DNA from: Gammaproteobacteria bacterium
GTDB lineage: Bacteria > Pseudomonadota > Gammaproteobacteria > BTQY01
Assembly: GCA_036986115.1 (NCBI GenBank)
Contig: BTQY01000003.1
Location: 9,091-73,090, forward strand
Reading direction: 5' to 3'
Length of the DNA: 64,000 nucleotides
Part shown: positions 46,893-57,015 of the stretch, in pieces
Layout of the letters: every line of letters begins with the position of its first letter
How positions within the stretch are numbered: the stretch's first letter is position 1
Made by a program: the position numbers and the translations under genes
The notes under the pieces: model-generated
Told to the model about the DNA's origin: nothing
The model's database searches: none
What the model saw: only the letters and a program-made list of their open reading frames with translations

Positions 46893-47081
46893 TTACTCCG
46901 CCGGAGGCCCATCAGCGGAGACAAAGCGAATCACTCCGGCCACCAGTATTACCACCCAGCCTACCGCGGCAATCGGGTAGCCAACCCAGCTGCCGAGTGC
47001 AATGCCGGTGGCAACACCACCAATAAACATACACAATCCGCTGAAAATGGCCAGGTTGAGTTTTAATTTTAAGTTAATCAT
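46893..47081 (-). CDS. Small two-helix membrane protein (62 aa) translationally coupled to ruvX
   Basis: ATGATTAA overlap with the ruvX stop. The product is MINLKLKLNLAIFSGLCMFIGGVATGIALGSWVGYPIAAVGWVVILVAGVIRF... Confidence 0.45.
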   Translation of the reverse strand: MINLKLKLNLAIFSGLCMFIGGVATGIALGSWVGYPIAAVGWVVILVAGVIRFVSADGPPAE

Positions 47082-47523
47082 TATTTTTGGAAATGGGGTG
47101 TTTATGCGTTCTGTTTTCAGTGAACCAGCCTTCAAGGATGATCTGTGCGGCCACATGATCAACTTCCTCCGCAGGGTTGCCTTGCCCGGCCAGACGGGAT
47201 TTTGCCTCTACCGTGGTCAGGCGCTCATCGACGTGCTGGACCGGAAGATTATATCTGCCGCTGAGCTTGCGCCCAAAGGACCTTGAGCAATCGGTCATCT
47301 CCTGTTGGTTACCCTCCAGGGTGACGGGCAGGCCGACTACCAGCAGGTCAGGATGCCACTCCTCGATTAGGGCACTAATACTTTCCCAGACCGGCTTGCC
47401 ATCATGACAGGCCACGATGGTCAGTGGTCTGGCAGTCCGGGTAATTTCCATACCCAGTGCGACGCCGATCCGTTTCAGACCATAGTCAAAGCCGAGGATG
47501 GTGCGTTGTCCCTCAGCTACCAT
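47074..47523 (-). CDS. ruvX: YqgF/RuvX putative pre-16S rRNA nuclease (Holliday-junction-resolvase-like)
   Basis: ILGFDYGLKRIGVA..DERLTT motifs. 149 aa. Confidence 0.9.
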   Translation of the reverse strand: MVAEGQRTILGFDYGLKRIGVALGMEITRTARPLTIVACHDGKPVWESISALIEEWHPDLLVVGLPVTLEGNQQEMTDCSRSFGRKLSGRYNLPVQHVDERLTTVEAKSRLAGQGNPAEEVDHVAAQIILEGWFTENRTHKHPISKNND

Positions 47524-47580
47524 GCTTGATGATAATCGTGGTGATGGCTGACACGGGTGTTGTTCTGCATTGGGGAAAGA

Positions 47581-48141
47581 TCATGAATGACCCACTTCGT
47601 CAGACAGCAGGTCCAGATCAACGCCGAGTAACGCGGCCGCTGCCTTCCAGCGTTCCTCGATACCGACATTGAACAGGATCTGGGCATTCGCCGGGCCGCT
47701 CAGCCAGTCATTGGCGGTCATCTCCGCCTCCAGCTGGCCCGGGCCCCAGCCGGCGTAGCCGAGAGTGATCAGGCAATCCGCCGGGCCCTGTCCTTCGGAA
47801 ATGTCCACCAGGATATCTTTTGATGTGGTGATGGCGATCTCATCGGTGATTTGCAGCATTGATTCCCACTGCCCTGTCGGGCTGTGTAACACAAAGCCGC
47901 GATTCTGCTGCACAGGCCCACCAGTAAATACCTCGGTGGCACCAATCCGGTCGTTGACTGGAACGATGTCCATTTGTGCCAGCACTTCGATCAGCTGGAC
48001 CCCCATCGGTCGATTGATCACGATGCCCATCGCACCATTCTCATCATGCTCACAGATATAGGTCACACTGCGGTGAAAGTTCGGATCCATCAGCGAGGGC
48101 ATGGCTATCAGGAAATGATTGGCCAGCGAGTTCATGCCCAT
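47581..48141 (-). CDS. yqgE: YqgE/AlgH family protein
   Basis: LANHFLIAMPSLMDPNFHRSVTYICEHDENGAMGIVINRP. 186 aa. Confidence 0.9.
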   Translation of the reverse strand: MGMNSLANHFLIAMPSLMDPNFHRSVTYICEHDENGAMGIVINRPMGVQLIEVLAQMDIVPVNDRIGATEVFTGGPVQQNRGFVLHSPTGQWESMLQITDEIAITTSKDILVDISEGQGPADCLITLGYAGWGPGQLEAEMTANDWLSGPANAQILFNVGIEERWKAAAALLGVDLDLLSDEVGHS

Positions 48142-48183
48142 GGCCGGCCCTTGTGGCGAGTGCTGGGCTGATGACAGGCCGCG

Positions 48184-49083
48184 CTATTTGGAGAACAGTT
48201 GGTTGCCATTTTTGAATATCCAGGTCCGGGTGATGTAGAGGACGTCTGTATCATCGCTGATGTTCTTCGGTAGCCGCGCAAACGGTGCCGATATCCGGAT
48301 GATATGGATGGCGCCGGCATCAATTAGCTTGTTGCCCGAGGATCTTTTCAGGATGATTTCCTTGATGCTGCCATCGGTATTAATGCCTGCCGAAATGACC
48401 GGCGCCCCGACAATACGCTGACGCTTGGCCTCGGCAGGATAATTTATTACCCCAATGCGTTCGACCTTCTTGCGCCAGGCATCCATGTAAGCGGCATATT
48501 TATATTCCCTGGTATTTGCCGAGATATAGGTTACTCGGGGTAACTTGGCATAAGCTTGACGCTGTTGTTGTAATTGGGCATCCAGGCTGGCGATCTCCAT
48601 GCTGTTGCGGATAATGTCTTTGGCGGTGAGCTTTTTCCGCCGTACTGATTTTCTGGGTTTGGGCTGGGTCTTCACCTGATAGCTTGACTGCTGTTGCGTC
48701 AGCAATTGTCGGGTACTCCTTTGCGGCCGACGTTTTTTGCTGACAGCCAGTCTTTTTTCTGTCGTCATTCCCGGCTTTGGGTTGACCATGGCGGAAGATT
48801 GCCTTGAATCGGTCGAGGCACGTACCTTTTCTCTGGTATTGCCGGCACCCTTATGATCAGCCTGTGCCAGGTACTGGGCATCGTCCGGGGCCTCCAGGCT
48901 GCGTTTGCTTACCAGTGTGACTTCAAATTTCTGGCTGTTGTCATTGTTGAAAGGTTTCCTGAAGTCGAAACTCAGGCCCAGGATCACTATGGTGTGCAGT
49001 ACCACGGCAAAGAACAACGTCAGACTGAAGCGGTCTGCGGCAGATATATGTGGCGGTTGCGCGTAGGCAGTCATGGTGTTCAT
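48184..49083 (-). CDS. tonB: TonB-family energy transducer (TonB C-terminal domain)
   Basis: An N-terminal TM helix, a basic/Pro-poor linker, and a C-terminal YPAEAKRQRIVG..G..I..SSG..LD.AA TonB_C pattern. The start is set at Met12 to remove the overlap with the upstream gene. Confidence 0.75.
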   Translation of the reverse strand: MNTMTAYAQPPHISAADRFSLTLFFAVVLHTIVILGLSFDFRKPFNNDNSQKFEVTLVSKRSLEAPDDAQYLAQADHKGAGNTREKVRASTDSRQSSAMVNPKPGMTTEKRLAVSKKRRPQRSTRQLLTQQQSSYQVKTQPKPRKSVRRKKLTAKDIIRNSMEIASLDAQLQQQRQAYAKLPRVTYISANTREYKYAAYMDAWRKKVERIGVINYPAEAKRQRIVGAPVISAGINTDGSIKEIILKRSSGNKLIDAGAIHIIRISAPFARLPKNISDDTDVLYITRTWIFKNGNQLFSK

Positions 49084-49087
49084 TGGG

Positions 49088-49624
49088 TCAGGTACCCTGA
49101 TCCGTTTGTACTCCAAGTTGCTTGATAATCATACAACTTATTATACCGTTGATTAGCCCAAACAGCAGCGCCAACGACAGCAAAATCGGCAAAAGGCGCA
49201 ACATTCCGGGATGGGGGATAAACAGCCAGTAGGCGACGCTGAACTGTCCTGCCGTATGGGCCATGGCGGCCAGTACGCTGTAGCCGATCGGACCAAAGTG
49301 CCCCAGGCCGGTGCGAGTCAAACGTATGGCGAGCCACAGCACCGATATGCTGGCAATGGCACCCGTCAGACTCATCAGAAAGGTTGGACTTAAAAAAGTT
49401 CCGATCAGCAGGCTGCCGCCCAGTACTCGCAGCATGCTTACCCAGGCGGCCGTCGACCAGCCAAACTGCATCAGGGCAATAATCGTGATGAGGTTGGCGA
49501 AGCCAGGTTTCATGCCGGGTATCGGGCTTGGTAGTGCCGCTTCGGCGATATGAATGGTGATGGCCAGGGCCGCGAGTGCGGCGATGCGATGGTCTTTACG
49601 GGTTGTCTGGATGGCTGTGCCCAT
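49088..49624 (-). CDS. Gx transporter family membrane protein (heptaprenyl-diphosphate-synthase-component-I-like)
   Basis: 178 aa with five hydrophobic helices, and it is paired with ApbE as this family often is. The assignment comes from pattern and context only. Confidence 0.55.
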   Translation of the reverse strand: MGTAIQTTRKDHRIAALAALAITIHIAEAALPSPIPGMKPGFANLITIIALMQFGWSTAAWVSMLRVLGGSLLIGTFLSPTFLMSLTGAIASISVLWLAIRLTRTGLGHFGPIGYSVLAAMAHTAGQFSVAYWLFIPHPGMLRLLPILLSLALLFGLINGIISCMIIKQLGVQTDQGT

Positions 49625-49664
49625 GACATTCAGGGTAGTTAGTAATTGATAGCATCATAATCGA

Positions 49665-50732
49665 TCAGAGTGGCTCACTCAGGATTATTTTCGGCTCAGG
49701 TGATGCAGTCAGTTTCATCCGCCTGGCCATGGCAGGGTTCATATGTATACGGTTATTTTCGTCAATTAACATGACAAACTTGATATCCATTGACCTGGCG
49801 ATTTCATGCCACTGACCCGGGCCAGCCACAAACAGGGCAGTTGCGGCGGCATCGGCGACGGCGGCAGAAGAATGTATCACGGTCACAGAGCGCGTGCCTC
49901 TGGCAGGATAGCCGGTACGCGGGTCGATGATGTGATGGTAACGTTTACCTTCATATTCAAAATACCGCTCATAGTCTCCGGAGGTGACTATCGCTTCACC
50001 GGCACGCAGATCGATGCTGGCGATGACCGCACTGGCATTACTGCTGATCGGATTACGTATGCCGATATGCCAGGGCTTGCCGTTCTTGTTGCCTATCGCA
50101 CGCATATCCCCACCGGCATTGATGATGGCATTTTTCACCCCGAGTTCCTGCAGGTGGGCGATGGCCATATCGATACCAAAGCCCTTGGCAAAGGCGCCAA
50201 GGTCTATCTGCACCGCCGTGTTACGGCTGCGTATAGTCATTTGGCCATCATATAAAATATCCGACATTTCTGGATTTAACGCGACCAGCCTGGCGACCTC
50301 GTCAGGCCTGGGTGGCCGGGCGGGTTCCTCATCGCTTTGAAATCCCCACAGGGCGATCAACTTGCCAATGGCAGGATTGAACAACCCCTGGCTTTTGGCT
50401 GACAGGTCCGTGCTGGCTTCAATCAGGGGCTGTATTGATGGCACCAGTGAAAAGTTCCTGCCAAGGCTCAGCAGGTAGTTGGTGCGGCTCAGGCCACCTG
50501 GTCGCCATGCGTGCCAGGTGACCTGCATATAGGCAAAATCGTCCTGCAGGGAGGAGAAGGCCGTGTCTGCGGTCGTCCTGTCGACCCCGACGATGGTGAT
50601 ATCAATAATGGTACCAAAGGACAGTACCGTTTCCTGGTAGATATTGGCGGGTGGCGGTGGTGTACAGGAGCTCAGTGATGCGAATAATAACAGAACCGGC
50701 GTAATGAACTGCCTGCGTCGCATGATATTCAT
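49665..50732 (-). CDS. apbE: FAD:protein FMN transferase (ApbE), lipoprotein
   Basis: Lipobox LFASLSSC. GFAKGFGID, AIINAGGD and VTSGDYERYF..HHIIDPRTG are ApbE motifs. Confidence 0.88.
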   Translation of the reverse strand: MNIMRRRQFITPVLLLFASLSSCTPPPPANIYQETVLSFGTIIDITIVGVDRTTADTAFSSLQDDFAYMQVTWHAWRPGGLSRTNYLLSLGRNFSLVPSIQPLIEASTDLSAKSQGLFNPAIGKLIALWGFQSDEEPARPPRPDEVARLVALNPEMSDILYDGQMTIRSRNTAVQIDLGAFAKGFGIDMAIAHLQELGVKNAIINAGGDMRAIGNKNGKPWHIGIRNPISSNASAVIASIDLRAGEAIVTSGDYERYFEYEGKRYHHIIDPRTGYPARGTRSVTVIHSSAAVADAAATALFVAGPGQWHEIARSMDIKFVMLIDENNRIHMNPAMARRMKLTASPEPKIILSEPL

Positions 50733-50735
50733 ATT

Positions 50736-51683
50736 TTATTTGTTCAGCCGGGTTTCAATAACATCCAGTAAGGTTGCCGAAATATTCAGGGCATAGATTT
50801 TATCCAGTTCCCGGATACAGGTAGGGCTGGTAACATTTATTTCAGTAAGAAAATTCCCGATTACATCAAGGCCAACGAACATCAGCCCCATTTCTTTAAG
50901 TTTTGGTGCGACACGGGAGACAATGAATCGATCCCGTTCGGTCAGTTCCACGCCAACACCGTTACCACCGGCGGCGAGATTACCACGGGTTTCACCTTTG
51001 GCGGGGATCCGTGCCAGTGCATATGGTACCGGCTCACCATCGATGAGCAGAATACGCTTGTCACCTTCACTGATCTCGGCGATGAATCGCTGTGCCATCA
51101 CTGCCTCACGACCGTGCGCGGTCATATTTTCAAGAATCACCGAGATATTGGGGTCACCTTGCCTGATGCGGAAGATACTGGCACCCCCCATCAAACCCAG
51201 TGGCTTGATAATGATATCACCCTGTTCGTCGATAAAACGGCGGAACCGATCGACATCACGTGACACCAGGGTGGGGACACAACAATCCGGGAACCACGCG
51301 GTAAATAATTTTTCGTTGACATCACGCAGGCCCCTTGGGTCGTTGACCACCAGTGGGCCCTTGTCTGCCGCCAGTTCCAGCATATGGGTGGTATAATGAT
51401 ATTCAGCATTATAGGGAGGATCCTTGCGCATCAGCACCACATCGAGCGTGTCCAGAGATGCCTCGCTGATATCACCCGACTGATACCAGTTGTCCGTGTC
51501 GTCCTGGACCGTTATCGCCGTCATTCGTGCACAGGCCACCCCGTCACGCAGGAACAGATCGCCCAGTTCCATATACGCAATGCTCCAGCCCCGCCTCTGG
51601 GCCTCGAGTAGCATCGCAAAGCTGCTGTCTTTGTACGGCTTGATTGACCCGATCGGATCCATGACGATGCCGAGTTTGATCAT
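50736..51683 (-). CDS. gshB: Glutathione synthetase
   Basis: MIKLGIVMDPIGSIKPYKDSSFAMLLEAQRRGW plus an ATP-grasp C-terminal half. 315 aa. Confidence 0.93.
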   Translation of the reverse strand: MIKLGIVMDPIGSIKPYKDSSFAMLLEAQRRGWSIAYMELGDLFLRDGVACARMTAITVQDDTDNWYQSGDISEASLDTLDVVLMRKDPPYNAEYHYTTHMLELAADKGPLVVNDPRGLRDVNEKLFTAWFPDCCVPTLVSRDVDRFRRFIDEQGDIIIKPLGLMGGASIFRIRQGDPNISVILENMTAHGREAVMAQRFIAEISEGDKRILLIDGEPVPYALARIPAKGETRGNLAAGGNGVGVELTERDRFIVSRVAPKLKEMGLMFVGLDVIGNFLTEINVTSPTCIRELDKIYALNISATLLDVIETRLNK

Positions 51684-51697
51684 TGGCTGTTTTCCGT

Positions 51698-53005
51698 TCA
51701 GATTGTCCCGGCAATTTCGCTGATTTCTCTGGCCGCTGCCAGTAACGCCAGCCGGGCGATCACACCGTAGGCATAGAATCGATTTGATTCAGCACCGGGG
51801 GACAACATCCTGTCAGGGAGATTGCAGGAGTCAGCGAATGCCAGTGACTCGAAATGCATCCCGGGAGAGTTCAGATTTTCTATCTCGCTGCGACCAGTAT
51901 GTACGCGGTAAAAACCTCCGACCACAAAGTGATCCATCATGTAAACCACAGGCTCGGCCACTGCCTGTTTATCACCCCAGGATTCAAAGGTATAGACACC
52001 TTCCTGCATAATGACGTTGGAAACCCGGGCACCTCCTTTGTGGGCAGACATCTTGTTGCGTTGTTTACGATTGAGTTCACGGATCTCGTTACTGCTTTGC
52101 ACGGTCATTATGCCCATACCATAGGTGCCGGCGTCCGCCTTGACGATAACAAACGGTTTTTGTTTGATACTGTATTCATCATATTTGCGCTGGATAGAGA
52201 CCAGCAGTGCCTCCACATTTCTTGCCAGGCAATCCTCCCCCTCGCGCTTCTTGTAATCGATCTCGCCACAATTGCGGAACATCGGGTCAAGCAGCCACGG
52301 ATCCAGTTCGGTCAATGTGGCGAATTCATTGGTAACCTGGCCGTAATGGGTGAAATGGGCAGACTTCAGACGATCCTGCCAACCAAGGCCCAATGGTGGA
52401 ACAATTTTCTGCTTCTCCAGATTTTCCAGGATTGCCGGTCGCCCACTGCTGAGATCATTATTCAGTAATACCATGCAGGGGAAAAAATCACTGACGCCCA
52501 CCTGGTTTTTCTCTCGTCGCAGCGGCTCCAGCAGCAGTTGTCCGCCAGAAGGCAGCTCAAAGGGGGTGGCCTCGGTAATGTCCTCCAGCAGGGTGCCGAT
52601 ACGTACTTCGAATCCGGCCTGCTGCATGATGTGTTGTAGTGCGGCGGTGCTCTCAAGGTAGTAGCTATTCCGTGTATGCGACTCAGGGATCAGTAATACC
52701 TTCACCGCCTTTGGGCAGACACGCTCGATGGCTGATTGCACCGCCTGGATACACAATGGGTGAAAGGCGGCATTCAGGTTATTAAAGCCGGCCGGGAACA
52801 GATTGGTATCCACTGGTGCCAGTTTAAAACCGGCATTGCGCAGGTCCACCGAGGCATAGAAGGGTGCCGGGGTGGCTAGCCATTGACTGCGAAACCAGGA
52901 CTCGATTCGAGGCTGATTTTCGAGCAATGTTGACTCAATCGTGATGAGCGGCCCGGTGGGCGCCATGGTCAGATGGGGAACAGCATGTAAGTGTTTGATT
53001 TTCAT
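51698..53005 (-). CDS. gshA: Glutamate-cysteine ligase (Acidithiobacillus ferrooxidans-type GshA family)
   Basis: 435 aa. FYASVDLRNAGFKLAPVDTNLFPAGFNNL is characteristic of this GshA family as I recall it, and the gene is adjacent to gshB. Confidence 0.7.
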   Translation of the reverse strand: MKIKHLHAVPHLTMAPTGPLITIESTLLENQPRIESWFRSQWLATPAPFYASVDLRNAGFKLAPVDTNLFPAGFNNLNAAFHPLCIQAVQSAIERVCPKAVKVLLIPESHTRNSYYLESTAALQHIMQQAGFEVRIGTLLEDITEATPFELPSGGQLLLEPLRREKNQVGVSDFFPCMVLLNNDLSSGRPAILENLEKQKIVPPLGLGWQDRLKSAHFTHYGQVTNEFATLTELDPWLLDPMFRNCGEIDYKKREGEDCLARNVEALLVSIQRKYDEYSIKQKPFVIVKADAGTYGMGIMTVQSSNEIRELNRKQRNKMSAHKGGARVSNVIMQEGVYTFESWGDKQAVAEPVVYMMDHFVVGGFYRVHTGRSEIENLNSPGMHFESLAFADSCNLPDRMLSPGAESNRFYAYGVIARLALLAAAREISEIAGTI

Positions 53006-53435
53006 AGGTTTTTGCTAATCATTGCAGTCCATGCCACTGCCATTACACTGAAGGCGTCATGATGCACTAGACTTGTATCTTAGGGTAACCTATTTATATG
53101 GTTAAAGATAAGTGAACGCTTATTTTTCTTCCATTGACGTAACTTGTGCCCCTGGGTGTTAAAAGGCGCTGATATGCGCAATTTGCTGGCATTCCGGCAT
53201 GCATATTGACTAGTCGTTGCTGAAATACGTGCTTAACTATATATGGGCATCCGATACAAATCTGATGCAAGGGGACTTCTTGGTGGGGTTGGCCTGGATA
53301 ATATGGCCATCATTGAAAAAGTAGATTTATTACAGGTAATTAGTTGGAATTCTTGAAGTTTCAACTAAGGTTATAACGGTAACTTTACAAGATTACTTTA
53401 TAATTATTCATCAACAAATCAATAAGTTAAGGTAG

Positions 53436-53858
53436 GTGTGGGTAACAACGGTGGCAAATAAAGACGCAAACGGAAGCTTTTCTGACCTTACGGTCATGGT
53501 AATTGATGATAGTAAGACCATCAGGCGGACGGCTGAAACCCTGCTAAAGAAGGCCGGGTGCAGTGTGATCACCGCCACGGATGGTTTCGAGGCGTTGTCG
53601 ATGATTGCAGATAATCATCCGGACATCATTTTCGTGGACATCATGATGCCAAGACTGGATGGCTACCAGACATGTGCCCTCATAAAGAACAACCAGGTTT
53701 ATAAGGATACACCGGTCATCATGTTATCCAGTAAGGATGGCCTGTTCGACAAGGCGCGGGGCAGGATTGTTGGTTCTCAACAATATCTGACCAAGCCATT
53801 TACCAAAGACGAATTACTGGGTGCTATCAAAAAGCACGTTATAGAAATAACCGGGTAG
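53436..53858 (+). CDS. pilG: Twitching-motility response regulator PilG (CheY-like)
   Basis: VMVIDDSKTIRRTAETLLKKAGCSVITATDGFEALSMIADNHPDIIFVDIMMPRLDGYQTCALIKNN.. is nearly collinear with P. aeruginosa PilG. The exact start is uncertain (GTG). Confidence 0.9.
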   Translation: MWVTTVANKDANGSFSDLTVMVIDDSKTIRRTAETLLKKAGCSVITATDGFEALSMIADNHPDIIFVDIMMPRLDGYQTCALIKNNQVYKDTPVIMLSSKDGLFDKARGRIVGSQQYLTKPFTKDELLGAIKKHVIEITG

Positions 53859-53917
53859 ATAGATTGTTATCGATTTACCTAATTCAGATCAGTTTATGTT
53901 AAGACGGAGAGAAGAAA

Positions 53918-54277
53918 ATGCCACGGGTATTAATAGTTGACGATTCACCAACAGAGATTCATGTACTGAAGACCATGTTGGAGAAACATGGTTTTGAGAT
54001 CATATCAGCTGAGAGCGGCGAGGATGGCATCGCTCTGGCCAAGTCAGACAAGCCAGATGCCATCCTGATGGACGTTGTGATGCCAGGACTGAATGGGTTC
54101 CAGGCGACCCGTCAGTTAACCAACGATCCTGATACAGCCAATATCCCGGTCATTATAGTGACCACCAAGAACCAGGAGACAGACAGGGCCTGGGGACTGC
54201 GTCAGGGGGCCAGAGACTACCTGACCAAGCCGGTTGCAGAAACAGATCTGGTAACAAAAATTAATGCAGTCATATGA
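53918..54277 (+). CDS. pilH: Response regulator PilH (CheY-like)
   Basis: 119 aa receiver domain (ILIVDDS..DAILMDVVMPG..K). Confidence 0.9.
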   Translation: MPRVLIVDDSPTEIHVLKTMLEKHGFEIISAESGEDGIALAKSDKPDAILMDVVMPGLNGFQATRQLTNDPDTANIPVIIVTTKNQETDRAWGLRQGARDYLTKPVAETDLVTKINAVI

Positions 54278-54305
54278 ATAAGGACTAACTCAAGACAACA
54301 GCACT

Positions 54306-54860
54306 ATGGCAACAAAAGCAAAAAAACAATCAGCTAGCCCATTGTATTTGTTGCGCGATATTGAGAAACGCGCAATATTAAATGCGGCCGGACTACCTCA
54401 GCAAGATGAGGCCAAGACTGGCTGGGTTGGTATTGGCTTCAAACTGGGTGACCTGAAGCTGGTGGCGCCTTTGGACGAGGTTGTGGAGCTGCTTACCTAT
54501 CCAAGCCTGTCTCGAGTGCCTGGTACAAAAAAATGGGTAAAGGGTATCGCCAATATACGTGGCAACCTGTTACCCATTATGGATTTAAGCGGCTATCTCA
54601 CCAGGAAGCCGACAGCCCTGACAGCAAGCAGTCGAATTCTGGTGGTCAGACATGCAGGTATTTACAGTGGTTTGCTGGTGGATGAGGTGTTGGGATTGAA
54701 GCATTTTCTGGATGAAGAGCGTAGTAGAACAGTTCCAAACGTGGACAATTTTATAAAAACTTATTTACGAGGTTCATGTACGCAGGATGCACAGCAATGG
54801 GGCATCTTCAGCATGTACTCGCTGGTTGAAAGCCCGCTGTTCATGCAGGTGGCAGTGTAA
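54306..54860 (+). CDS. pilI: CheW-like coupling protein PilI
   Basis: 184 aa CheW domain located between pilH and pilJ. Confidence 0.85.
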   Translation: MATKAKKQSASPLYLLRDIEKRAILNAAGLPQQDEAKTGWVGIGFKLGDLKLVAPLDEVVELLTYPSLSRVPGTKKWVKGIANIRGNLLPIMDLSGYLTRKPTALTASSRILVVRHAGIYSGLLVDEVLGLKHFLDEERSRTVPNVDNFIKTYLRGSCTQDAQQWGIFSMYSLVESPLFMQVAV

Positions 54861-54947
54861 ACAGGATTTAGAGCAAGACAACATACATTTATGTCCAGGA
54901 GACGGACAATCGATCATCAGATTTACGCAGTACGCTAGGAGAGGGTT

Positions 54948-56987
54948 ATGAAGAAATTAGGTGTCCAGGGCTTTTTTAGGCAGGATATAAAAAACATCAA
55001 GTTTGAGGCCTTGCACAGGAGGATCTTTGCTGTTGGCTTCCTGGTTATTGTCACGGCAATCACCGCATTCATGGTATTCAAGGATTCTGCACATGATGCT
55101 GAATACGTGAACCTGTTGGGTGAACAGCGTGTGTTGTCTCAACAAATGTCTAAAAACGCTCTCGAAGCGGCGCAAGGTGAATCGGGTGGTTTTGAACGCC
55201 TGCAAACCCAACGCGGTGACTTTGAAGCCAAATTCAACCTGATGTCCAGCGGTAATCCTGAAACGGGCCTGCCAGCGTCACCTGCCAGCGTCAACGATCA
55301 ACGAAAAGCAGTTGAAGAACAATGGGACAGCTATCGCGAAAATGTTGATGCTATCCTGGCACGTCGCGAAAAGATCCTGTCACTGGGTGTCTCTGTTCAG
55401 GCAATTGGCGAGAACCTGCCAAACTTGTTGGCCCTCTCTGATGAGGTGGTAGGTATTCTGATCGAGATCGGCGCATCACCGCAGCAAATCTATATTGCCG
55501 CTCGCCAGCTGATGTTGACCCAGCGTATTGCAAATAACGTGCAAAAGGTAATCCAGGGTGGTCAGGGCGCCGCTACAGCAGCTGACCGGTTTGGTCGTGA
55601 TACCCTGCTGTTTGGTCGCGTCTTGAAAGGTATGATCAGTGGCGATCGACGACTTCGAATTCAGAAGGTCACCGATGAAGATGCGGTCTCCAAGCTGGAA
55701 GAGGTGGATGAAGTCTTCAAGGCGGTGAGTGATCTTATCGGTAGCGTGCTTGAGAATTCACCGGAATTATTCATGGTGCACGATGCGGCGGCAAAGATTT
55801 CCGCTACCAGCCTGGTGATGCTGGGCAATCTGTCTGAATTACTTGACGGTTATAACAGTTATGTCTCCTCTCGTTCAATGCCGCTCTTTTCTGGTGGCCT
55901 GGCAGTGGCATCTATCCTGATGATCATTGTGTTTGGCTGGCAGATGTTGCAGGAAGCACAACAACGTCAAAAGACGGCGGAACGCGAGACCCGTCAGAAT
56001 CAGGAAGCTATTATGCGCTTGCTGGATGAAATGGGCGACCTTGCTGCCGGTGACCTGGGTGTTGAGGCAACGGTGACCGAAGATATCACCGGGGCCATCG
56101 CCGACTCTATTAACTATGTTATCGAGCAACTGCGTAAACTGGTGACCTCGATTACCGATGCCTCTGTTCAGGTGGCATCGGCATCCAAGGAAACCCAGGC
56201 GACGGCGATGCACCTTGCCGAGGCCTCTGATCACCAGGCCCAGCAGATCGTCGGTGCCAGCTCGGCCATTAACGAAATGGCGGTCACCATTGAAGAGGTG
56301 TCCAAGAATGCAGATGCCTCGGCGACTGTGGCGGAACGTTCTGTGGCCACGGCGCGAAAAGGTTCTGCGGCTGTGCAGGATACCATCAGGGGTATGGATA
56401 CCATCCGTGAACAGATTCAGGAAACCTCAAAGCGTATTAAACGTCTTGGTGAAAGTACTCAGGAAATTGGTGACATCGTTGGACTGATCGATGATATTGC
56501 TGACCAGACCAATATTCTGGCGTTGAATGCGGCTATTCAGGCCGCCATGGCCGGTGAGGCAGGGCGAGGCTTCGCGGTGGTTGCTGACGAAGTGCAGCGA
56601 CTCGCGGAACGTTCCAGTAATGCGACCAAGCAAATCGAGGCACTGGTTAAGACCATTCAGACTGATACCAACGAAGCAGTTATTTCAATGGAACAAAGTA
56701 CTGCCAACGTGGTTGCAGGGGCCAAGGTTGCCGAGAATGCAGGTGAATCTCTGAACGAGATCGAGACAGTGTCCAGCGAACTGGCTGACCTGATTCACAG
56801 CATATCGGATGTATCAAGGCAGCAGGCATCTGCGGCATCAAATATTTCCGATACCATGAATGTGATTCAGGAAATCACTACCCAGACCTCTGCCGGTAGC
56901 AATGAAACGGCCACCTCGATTGGTAATCTGGCAGAACTCGCGACCGAACTACAAAAATCAGTAGCTGGATTCAAGTTGCCTGACTAA
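54948..56987 (+). CDS. pilJ: Methyl-accepting chemotaxis protein PilJ
   Basis: Two TM helices, a periplasmic domain, and the conserved MCP hairpin [38 protein letters not shown]. Confidence 0.92.
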   Translation: MKKLGVQGFFRQDIKNIKFEALHRRIFAVGFLVIVTAITAFMVFKDSAHDAEYVNLLGEQRVLSQQMSKNALEAAQGESGGFERLQTQRGDFEAKFNLMSSGNPETGLPASPASVNDQRKAVEEQWDSYRENVDAILARREKILSLGVSVQAIGENLPNLLALSDEVVGILIEIGASPQQIYIAARQLMLTQRIANNVQKVIQGGQGAATAADRFGRDTLLFGRVLKGMISGDRRLRIQKVTDEDAVSKLEEVDEVFKAVSDLIGSVLENSPELFMVHDAAAKISATSLVMLGNLSELLDGYNSYVSSRSMPLFSGGLAVASILMIIVFGWQMLQEAQQRQKTAERETRQNQEAIMRLLDEMGDLAAGDLGVEATVTEDITGAIADSINYVIEQLRKLVTSITDASVQVASASKETQATAMHLAEASDHQAQQIVGASSAINEMAVTIEEVSKNADASATVAERSVATARKGSAAVQDTIRGMDTIREQIQETSKRIKRLGESTQEIGDIVGLIDDIADQTNILALNAAIQAAMAGEAGRGFAVVADEVQRLAERSSNATKQIEALVKTIQTDTNEAVISMEQSTANVVAGAKVAENAGESLNEIETVSSELADLIHSISDVSRQQASAASNISDTMNVIQEITTQTSAGSNETATSIGNLAELATELQKSVAGFKLPD

Positions 56988-57015
56988 AGCGGACTAATAC
57001 GTAGAGGCAATCGAT

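Noticed and set aside
53176-53200. Sigma-54-like TGGCAT-N..-ATGCA motif in the gshA/pilG intergenic region
   Set aside because: The GG-to-GC spacing is 11 nt rather than 10, and the -12 element is poor. It is probably chance.
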